Positions 25,989 through 32,325 of a DNA stretch of 32,325 bases are shown one piece after another. The notes under the pieces were generated by a model. It ran no database searches. It was given only the letters and a program-made list of their open reading frames with translations, and had not been told where the DNA came from. The stretch's first letter is position 1; every line of letters starts with the position of its first letter. The translations under genes were made by a program, and so were the position numbers. The stretch comes from a virus (lineage: Duplodnaviria > Caudoviricetes), in the IMG/VR virus record IMGVR_UViG_3300020401_000755, positions 1-32,325 of that record. One strand, given 5' to 3'.

Positions 25989-27209
25989 TTACCTCGTTGG
26001 TTTTTCCCATCCCTTCAGTATATCTGGACTGAAGTTATTATATGAAAATTCAAGACGGTCAACCAATTTGACCGCATCACCACCTAATTTGTCAATAGCA
26101 ACAAAACCTTCTGCACCTGTTTTGATTTTATAACCTTTCTTGGTCTGAACAAATGCATCGATTTTGCTAATACTGTTTAATCTATTTATAAGTTTTAGTT
26201 TTGCTAGTACAAGATTTTTCTGTAAATCAAACATATTTACTAGACTTGTTCTATTTCTAGGAGAAAAAAACTTCATCAACTCATCTAATTTCTTCTGTTG
26301 AACTGCTTTTCCTTTCTCCGATTTTCTTTTATCTTTCTCTTTTTGAAACTTAGTATTCATCCATCTGAGCAATCCAACCACATGTTTTCTAGATGGTGGT
26401 AGTAATTGTCCCTCACGAACAAAGGTATTATTGTATTGTTCTATCAATCGTGCTAGTTCTTCGTTTGCTTCAAGTTCTCGAAGTGTACTTCCAGATACCT
26501 TGTTAAATAATTTACCTGCGTTAGACAGGTATTTAGTAACTTCGGCAGTCTCCTTTTCATTCATGGTTGCTTCACCTGCATTGGTAAGCATCGCATCCTG
26601 AGACCAGACATTCTTTGTTTTCTTGAACTTAGATACATCAACACCATAGGATGCTTTCATATTCTCAAACTTATCACCCTTATATGATGTATGCCATACG
26701 ATTCCTATCTTGGCATCTTCGATTGTTTTCGATTGACTCATAGGAACTGCATAGATGATTGTATTTGGATGGAAGGTTACATACTGTTGTCCATCAATCT
26801 TTTCTCGTTTCAAATCATCGTTTGCATATAAGAAGTCACCTTGAATCACTCCCTTGATACCAAGTTCTGGTAGATATTGTAAAGCAAGTTTCATCTTGTC
26901 AGCAAGGTCACCAGATAGTTCTGCATCGATATCAGCATTTGATTTGTATACCTTTGCACCAGTCTTAGCAAAGATACCCTTCTTAGCAACAAAGAACGCA
27001 CCGTCCTCTGGGTCTGTTCCTGCAAAGATAGCAGGCGCACCATCCCACTTGACAGATAGTTTGCTTGAGGTTTTACCTGCTAACATATCACGCAGTTCTC
27101 TCAGAGCATTGATTGCCTGTCTTGTACCATTGACCCCACCATAGAGAACCTTGTCCTCAATATGAGTCATGTGAGTATTCTGTTGTTCTGTTATGTATTC
27201 ACTGAACAT
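25989..27209 (-). CDS. conserved T4-like protein (DUF6267-like) with ligase-type nucleotidyltransferase motifs
   Basis: NTHMTHIED, SVKWDGAP (motif I KxDG), VIQGD, EGFV, VKLVDR. Confidence 0.7.
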   Translation of the reverse strand: MFSEYITEQQNTHMTHIEDKVLYGGVNGTRQAINALRELRDMLAGKTSSKLSVKWDGAPAIFAGTDPEDGAFFVAKKGIFAKTGAKVYKSNADIDAELSGDLADKMKLALQYLPELGIKGVIQGDFLYANDDLKREKIDGQQYVTFHPNTIIYAVPMSQSKTIEDAKIGIVWHTSYKGDKFENMKASYGVDVSKFKKTKNVWSQDAMLTNAGEATMNEKETAEVTKYLSNAGKLFNKVSGSTLRELEANEELARLIEQYNNTFVREGQLLPPSRKHVVGLLRWMNTKFQKEKDKRKSEKGKAVQQKKLDELMKFFSPRNRTSLVNMFDLQKNLVLAKLKLINRLNSISKIDAFVQTKKGYKIKTGAEGFVAIDKLGGDAVKLVDRLEFSYNNFSPDILKGWEKPTR

Positions 27210-28519
27210 TATGATACCTTCAGATGTGGAGCAGATGCTTTTGTTTGTGATTTAGCAATACGGAATAGGTAGGTCAATACATCTTGTTCCTTTCCTTCGA
27301 TTGCCGTGAATAATTCTGTAACCATATATTTGGACATTAACCAATCAACAGATTTGCCACTGAGTGCTTTTCTAAATGCATCCTCATCAACTGCACCAGA
27401 TATCTTGGAATACATTTGATAGTATTGTTTTAAGAATGAGTCAGGGTCTTTCTTATATAATGTCTCTAGAGTCTTCTTATCAGTAAGTGGTCTACCGACT
27501 GCATCTTTCATTGCATCACTGATACCACCGTATGATACCTTACCATGCTTTGCTTTCTTACCAATGATTTCACACTGGAATGTAGGAAAGGTTCTGAACT
27601 GCATCTGAATACCTTTACCTAAAAGATATCCATCCTTTGCCTTGAAGTAATCTCTCTTACCATAACTCGCACTAGTAAACTCAGGTGACTGGAATGGTCT
27701 ACCAATGTTTACTTGCATCAACTTAGGTCTCTTCCCAATCTTCTTGAGAGAGATACCAAGGATGTCCCTTGCGATAAATGCTTTTAATAATTCGTTGTTC
27801 ATCTCTGCTATGCTTTCTGCATCAAGGATATTATACTTGTATTCTGCTCCTTTTGCAACTGCATATATGTCAGCAGGACTCCACTTGTTTAGATTCTTAA
27901 ACAGTCTTTCTGTTCTGTTAAGTTGTTTAAATTTGTTCTCTAATGCATTGACCCAAGTAGAACCACGATGCCATGAGTAGTTCTTTTTCTTTAATGCTCT
28001 GTATAGAACTCTTGCACCATCGATAGATGATTTAATCCATCCTTCATCTGAAAGTAATATCTCACCTGCACTACCATCAACATTAGATGTCATCTTCTGG
28101 TGAGTGACACGGAGTTCATCTGGGGTAAACTGAGTATTGGGATTGTCCCACATCAACTGGGCATAGACGCATTGAGCAGATTCGGTAGCACGAGTATTAT
28201 CTGAACCACCACCAGAACCACGACCACCACCACCAAACTCTTGGGACTTCTTGAGTTTACCAAAAGAAATCTCTTCACCATCTGCGGTGACTAATGGTTT
28301 TGTTCCCAGACCTTTGGCACTACCTTTACGAATGGCAGATTCAATCCCTGCATCATACTTAATGATAGCAGTTGAACCGTCAGTCATTTCAAAAGGTTCA
28401 CCTAGTTTCATCTTTTTGATGAATAGGTCTGCACGGAATGCACGGTCTGCACGGACTATCTCACCAAAAGTAAGACTAGTTTCGTTCAGTTCTTTGAATT
28501 TGAGCATCGACTTTCCCAT
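27209..28519 (-). CDS. hypothetical protein with a PD-(D/E)XK-like nuclease motif
   Basis: TE, KWSPADIY, GISLKK; the start may be ATG 28507 (MLKFKELNE). Confidence 0.6.
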   Translation of the reverse strand: MGKSMLKFKELNETSLTFGEIVRADRAFRADLFIKKMKLGEPFEMTDGSTAIIKYDAGIESAIRKGSAKGLGTKPLVTADGEEISFGKLKKSQEFGGGGRGSGGGSDNTRATESAQCVYAQLMWDNPNTQFTPDELRVTHQKMTSNVDGSAGEILLSDEGWIKSSIDGARVLYRALKKKNYSWHRGSTWVNALENKFKQLNRTERLFKNLNKWSPADIYAVAKGAEYKYNILDAESIAEMNNELLKAFIARDILGISLKKIGKRPKLMQVNIGRPFQSPEFTSASYGKRDYFKAKDGYLLGKGIQMQFRTFPTFQCEIIGKKAKHGKVSYGGISDAMKDAVGRPLTDKKTLETLYKKDPDSFLKQYYQMYSKISGAVDEDAFRKALSGKSVDWLMSKYMVTELFTAIEGKEQDVLTYLFRIAKSQTKASAPHLKVS

Positions 28520-28541
28520 ATAATAAAATTTATTATACCAC

Positions 28542-28549
28542 TATTTATA
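28542..28549 (-). promoter_or_regulatory. T4-type late promoter TATAAATA heading the internal-protein block
   Basis: Exact consensus overlapping the upstream stop codon. Confidence 0.8.
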
Positions 28550-29225
28550 TGATTTGGGAAGTAGAACTTTGCTCCTCTTGATATTTTTTGATAGTTTCCT
28601 GAAGAGGATTTAACCAATTGTCACGATGTTCCACAAAGATTTGTGGTTTCTCTTCACCATCAACACTGATAAGTGTGACTAATTGTGTAATCGGTTGACC
28701 AGTTCGTTCTTCCCACATCTTGGCATAACCTGCTTCTTGCATGAAATAGTTATGCACCCATTTGCGAAGTTTCTTCTTACGACTTGTTTTGAAATCAATA
28801 ATAGATAGTTCACCATCGAACTCTGCAACACAGTCTACTCGACCTGCGATACCAAGTTCAGTTGAATACAGTGGTGCTTCTTGAGCATACACATCTCCAA
28901 TCAAACCATCTAGTATTGGTTTCATAACAAGAAAAGACTCAATGATATCTGGGGTGTACCCTTCACGATAGTCTTTGTCATTATCGATATACTTCTCAAT
29001 AATCTCGTGAACCTTTGTCCCTCTTTGGGATGCACGAGTTGATATCTTGTTTGCTTCTTCTTCTCCTACTCTTGCTCTCCATTTAGCAATGGACTCACGA
29101 GATAGAATGGATAGGACAGTGGTAATAGAGGGCAAGTCAATACCCTCTGGAGTTTTGTATACTCTACCAGTGTCGGTATCTTCCGATACCATATCCTTTA
29201 ATTCAGTTGGTACATGATTAAACAT
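28545..29225 (-). CDS. PD-(D/E)XK exonuclease (RecB/Cas4-like superfamily, no Fe-S Cys set)
   Basis: LPSITTVL, RGTKVH, E, AGRVDC, IIDFKTS, QxxxY. Confidence 0.88.
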   Translation of the reverse strand: MFNHVPTELKDMVSEDTDTGRVYKTPEGIDLPSITTVLSILSRESIAKWRARVGEEEANKISTRASQRGTKVHEIIEKYIDNDKDYREGYTPDIIESFLVMKPILDGLIGDVYAQEAPLYSTELGIAGRVDCVAEFDGELSIIDFKTSRKKKLRKWVHNYFMQEAGYAKMWEERTGQPITQLVTLISVDGEEKPQIFVEHRDNWLNPLQETIKKYQEEQSSTSQII

Positions 29226-29226
29226 T

Positions 29227-29814
29227 TTATCCTTTTTGTATTTTTAACATGCGTTCACGACTTGCTTTCCATGCTTCGAAGTCAAGAGGTTTACGAGGTT
29301 GTCCATAAGAAAGTTTTGCTTTCTTGAACTCTGCCTTGAGAATCTTCTTCTCCTTCGCACCCATGAAAGTGCCAACCAATGCCAACACAGTTCGGCGAAA
29401 AGACCGACCATGATGCATATGACCTAAACAGTGAGACAGTTCATGTAATAGTGTATACATGTTCAACCCCACCTTAGTATCTAGCACAACTTTATTACCG
29501 TTGGTAAAACCTGCCGTGCCACGACCAGTGTTTCGTTGTTTCATTTCTACAGGAATCTCTGAGAAGAACAAACGAGTGACATCTTTATCGATACCTTGTT
29601 TCCACAACTTTTGCCATGTCTTAGATTTGTAAATCCGTTTGGCAACCTTTTGTGCTTCTTTGATATCTTTGAATTCTTTGTTATCAACCTGAGATAGGAA
29701 TGCCCACTCAGCACGATATGTTTTCATTCGTTCAGAATCACGACCTCGTTTGCCACGATTCTGTTTGCGTTCTTGCTTACGCAAGTATTGACGATATTCA
29801 AATTCTAAACTCAT
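29227..29814 (-). CDS. HExxH zinc-metalloprotease-like protein
   Basis: YRAE, LLHELSH, HHGRSF; GGAG SD and ATGA overlap give start 29814. Confidence 0.7.
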   Translation of the reverse strand: MSLEFEYRQYLRKQERKQNRGKRGRDSERMKTYRAEWAFLSQVDNKEFKDIKEAQKVAKRIYKSKTWQKLWKQGIDKDVTRLFFSEIPVEMKQRNTGRGTAGFTNGNKVVLDTKVGLNMYTLLHELSHCLGHMHHGRSFRRTVLALVGTFMGAKEKKILKAEFKKAKLSYGQPRKPLDFEAWKASRERMLKIQKG

Positions 29815-30236
29815 AGTATCTCCTTCCATACATCAAGAGCAAGTTCGTCTTGGAGTTCGTATGCTTCCTTCTCCCAAGGTTGGTCATCGTACTCGTCCTC
29901 AGAATGGTCACGACCTTTCCAGAACTGCTTGTTGTCCTTCTGGACAAACTCACCACGGTAAACCTGCTTGAGATGAACCATCTCATGACAGATAGAGGTA
30001 ATGAAGTCACGGACTCCTAGTCCTGCATCAATACCAATCTCATGGTCTAACTTGTCTTCGACTTCCCAGTGCCACCCTTGGACACCTTCGTTCTTCTCAA
30101 GATTACGAATAATCTCTAAGTCAATAGTCAAAGAGCGAGTCCGACCTAGACCCAATCGGTCTAACATAAGATAGACTATCTGCTCTGCAAGTTCTCGTTG
30201 GGATTTTCTGCCACCTTTTACAGTAACTAGATTCAT
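29811..30236 (-). CDS. HExxH zinc-metalloprotease-like protein
   Basis: ICHEMVHLKQ, PWEKEAY; AAGGAG SD. Confidence 0.75.
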   Translation of the reverse strand: MNLVTVKGGRKSQRELAEQIVYLMLDRLGLGRTRSLTIDLEIIRNLEKNEGVQGWHWEVEDKLDHEIGIDAGLGVRDFITSICHEMVHLKQVYRGEFVQKDNKQFWKGRDHSEDEYDDQPWEKEAYELQDELALDVWKEIL

Positions 30237-30270
30237 AAAGAAAACTCCTTCAACTCAACTTTACCTACAT

Positions 30271-30299
30271 AGCGTATCACGCCCAACAGAAAATGTCAA
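30271..30299 (-). promoter_or_regulatory. early sigma70-type promoter
   Basis: A-tract-GAGC-TTGACA-17 bp-TACGCT. Confidence 0.75.
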
Positions 30300-30348
30300 G
30301 CTCTTTTTTTCAGAACAAGAACCTGACATTCTCTAATTTGGTTGTTTT

Positions 30349-30912
30349 TTAGACAGCGGCGACAGATGCCCCACCGTTGTAAAGTTCCTCAAGAACCTTC
30401 AACACATTCTGGGGAGAAGACTTGCCATATGGGTCATCTTCACAATTGTCACTAAATCCTTCTTCTGGAAGAAAGACCTCAATGAATCCATCATTGATAA
30501 TCATGGCATATCTCCATGACCTCAATCCAAATCCAATATTAGTCTTATCCACGAGCATACCCATCTTACGAGTAAACTCTCCTGCACCATCTGGAATTAC
30601 TTTGACACATTCGATACCTTGGTCTTTTGCCCAACAGTTCATTACGAATGCATCATTTACAGATATACAAGATACACTATCGATACCAAAATCTGCGAAC
30701 TTGCCATCTGCGACAAGTTTCTCAAAATCTGGTAATTGATAAGTGCTACAGGTTGGAGTGAAAGCGCCTGGGAGTGAGAATACTACATGGTATCCTTTAC
30801 CCCATAAGTCAGTAGATTTCACATCTTCCCATCGAAATGGATTATCACCACCGATACTTTCATCTCGTACACGAGTCTTGAAAGTCACTTCTGGAATGTT
30901 TCCGTTATACAT
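30349..30912 (-). CDS. peroxiredoxin, Prx5/type II family
   Basis: LPGAFTPTCS, SVNDAFVM, DG.GEFT, G.RSWRYAM; AAGGTG SD gives start 30912. Confidence 0.93.
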   Translation of the reverse strand: MYNGNIPEVTFKTRVRDESIGGDNPFRWEDVKSTDLWGKGYHVVFSLPGAFTPTCSTYQLPDFEKLVADGKFADFGIDSVSCISVNDAFVMNCWAKDQGIECVKVIPDGAGEFTRKMGMLVDKTNIGFGLRSWRYAMIINDGFIEVFLPEEGFSDNCEDDPYGKSSPQNVLKVLEELYNGGASVAAV

Positions 30913-31081
30913 CAATTTCACCTTTATACTCTTGTTGTCTTTGAGTTTGAAAGTAGTCATCATCTATGATGTGTGGTCTACCTTCATTCTCTCCAGACCA
31001 GTCTATATCGTCTTCTGGGGGTGTTTTACCCCCAGAGAACAAATTATATATCCAGTCTTTAAGCGGCGTTAGCAAACTCAA
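30905..31081 (-). CDS. small acidic hypothetical protein
   Basis: Probable TTG start at 31081, 7 nt after GGAG; fills the gap between neighbours. Confidence 0.5.
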   Translation of the reverse strand: MSLLTPLKDWIYNLFSGGKTPPEDDIDWSGENEGRPHIIDDDYFQTQRQQEYKGEIDV

Positions 31082-32027
31082 CTGCTTTCTCCACTGCTTT
31101 GACTTTTCTGGATTGGTTTGAACCAAACCATGCAGATGCCAATCTTGAGTCGGTTTCCCTTCCCATTTTGTGGTCAGTTAAGTAAGTGACACTGTTAAGC
31201 GCCTGCCACCAAGAACCTGCTCCAAACTCTGCACCAGGCTGAGTCTCTAAAACAGAATATGCTTTCTGTCCATTAGAAGATAAGTCCTTGAAATCATTGA
31301 CTGAAACAGGTTTCTTACCTTGGTAAGTTCTAGGGAAAACTTCATTGTAGAAGTTTATCAAAGATTCTACTGAATACTGCTTAGAAGCAAGGAACTCAGC
31401 AACTTCTTTGTATTGTGTAAACTTCTCGTGGGCAATACCCAGAGCAGTCTTCACAGACTCAGAATCAAATGCAGTTCTGTGGTTTAGAGACACAGACTTA
31501 GCAACCTCTTGTCCTAGAGACATTGTAAGAGTGTTGTTACATACAACCCTGATTGGGGTAAACCTAACATCAACTGACTTACCATATTGATGTGGGTTTG
31601 AGAATAGTAGATAAGAATCTACTTGGTCATCACCAAGGATAGTGAAAGAATCTTTCACCTTTGCTAATGCCCACACCATTTTTCCACCTTTCAGTGAACC
31701 TGCCGTGTGCATTTCCATATCCCCTGCGAGGACATATTCGGAAAAGAAGTTGAATGCTTCATCGTTCTGAACTGGATTCCAGTTCTCACCAATTACATCC
31801 AATACCTTGTTGTCCGAAGACCTAACAAGTGCTTGTTTTCCATCGATTGTGACACCACCACTAGTGATGATATCTTGTTTCTCAACTGACCAATTCAGTC
31901 CTGCGACTTCTTGCATCTGTTGAGGGGTTAAGTCATTGGATACAGCAGTTCCTAGACCATGCCAAGGGACTTCCCCTGCATATGCCATTTGTGCTTGTCC
32001 GTTGACCATTTCAACTTCATGTGACAT
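31059..32027 (-). CDS. DUF932 family (phage/plasmid-like) protein
   Basis: PWHGLG, AGLNW, PVQN, TAGSL, YLLFSNPH, TPIRVVCNNTL; AAGGAG SD. Confidence 0.9.
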   Translation of the reverse strand: MSHEVEMVNGQAQMAYAGEVPWHGLGTAVSNDLTPQQMQEVAGLNWSVEKQDIITSGGVTIDGKQALVRSSDNKVLDVIGENWNPVQNDEAFNFFSEYVLAGDMEMHTAGSLKGGKMVWALAKVKDSFTILGDDQVDSYLLFSNPHQYGKSVDVRFTPIRVVCNNTLTMSLGQEVAKSVSLNHRTAFDSESVKTALGIAHEKFTQYKEVAEFLASKQYSVESLINFYNEVFPRTYQGKKPVSVNDFKDLSSNGQKAYSVLETQPGAEFGAGSWWQALNSVTYLTDHKMGRETDSRLASAWFGSNQSRKVKAVEKAVEFANAA

Positions 32028-32057
32028 AATATACTCCTTCTTTGATATTATTTAAGT

Positions 32058-32086
32058 ATTATACTTAAAACAACAAAAAAAGTCAA
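32058..32086 (-). promoter_or_regulatory. early sigma70-type promoter with a palindrome over the -10 box
   Basis: ACGC-TTGACT-17 bp-TATAAT; TTTAAGTAT-n-ATACTTAAA at 32051-32069. Confidence 0.85.
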
Positions 32087-32112
32087 GCGTTATTTTCAAA
32101 ATAAGTTATTTT

Positions 32113-32325
32113 TTATTCTGTCCCTGCCAACGGATTTGCTAGTGCTTCTTCTATCTGTTCTCTTATTGATTTACGGATGTCTATCAAGTCTCTTTGAGTC
32201 TGAGTTTCCAGTTCATATAGTCTCTTATTGCCTTCTCTTGTATCAGACTTCAAATCTCTTAAATCATCAGATACGAAAGTTAATTCGTTATTTACTGTGT
32301 TCAGAGTGATTTCCAGTTCTTCCTT
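32113..32325 (-). CDS. 3' end of a coiled-coil protein gene truncated by the window edge (...IEEALANPLAGTE)
   Basis: 70 open codons from the window edge to TAA 32113. Confidence 0.75.
   Translation of the reverse strand, partial: KEELEITLNTVNNELTFVSDDLRDLKSDTREGNKRLYELETQTQRDLIDIRKSIREQIEEALANPLAGTE

Noticed and set aside
28545-29225. Cas4 or a CRISPR system
   Set aside because: No four-Cys Fe-S set, no other cas genes and no repeat-spacer array seen in the window
1040-31889. All plus-strand ORFs (e.g. 15567..16277, 19334..19756, 24320..24775) and nested alternative-frame minus ORFs
   Set aside because: They are shadows of well-supported minus-strand genes, with no recognisable motifs and skewed S/F/L-rich composition
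1-32325. tRNA genes or stop-codon reassignment
   Set aside because: No cloverleaf seen in the short intergenic gaps; TAA, TGA and TAG all end genes and conserved proteins are full length

Overview
A 32.3-kb segment of a large T4-like (myovirus-type) bacteriophage, probably infecting a marine or aquatic heterotrophic bacterium; the host is inferred. It is AT-rich, uses the standard code, and every credible gene is on the minus strand. In transcription order (right to left) it holds: a DUF932 gene; a Prx5-type peroxiredoxin; two HExxH proteins; a PD-(D/E)XK exonuclease; a ~11-kb late block of probable internal-head proteins with T4-like capsid-targeting N-termini, including ligase-like, cytidyltransferase-like and nuclease-like enzymes; class I ribonucleotide reductase (NrdA with a fused glutaredoxin, and NrdB); an endonuclease II-like gene; two adenylate-forming-like genes; small early genes; a compact structured non-coding region; PhoH; a TagD-like cytidylyltransferase; an M15 peptidase; and a glycosyltransferase/radical-SAM operon ending in a bacterial-type alternative oxidase. 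Regulatory signals are clear: six sigma70-type promoters with 17-bp spacers, T4-type late boxes (TATAAATA and variants), probable leaderless late mRNAs, and an SD-sequestering hairpin. All family calls come from motif recognition, not database searches.
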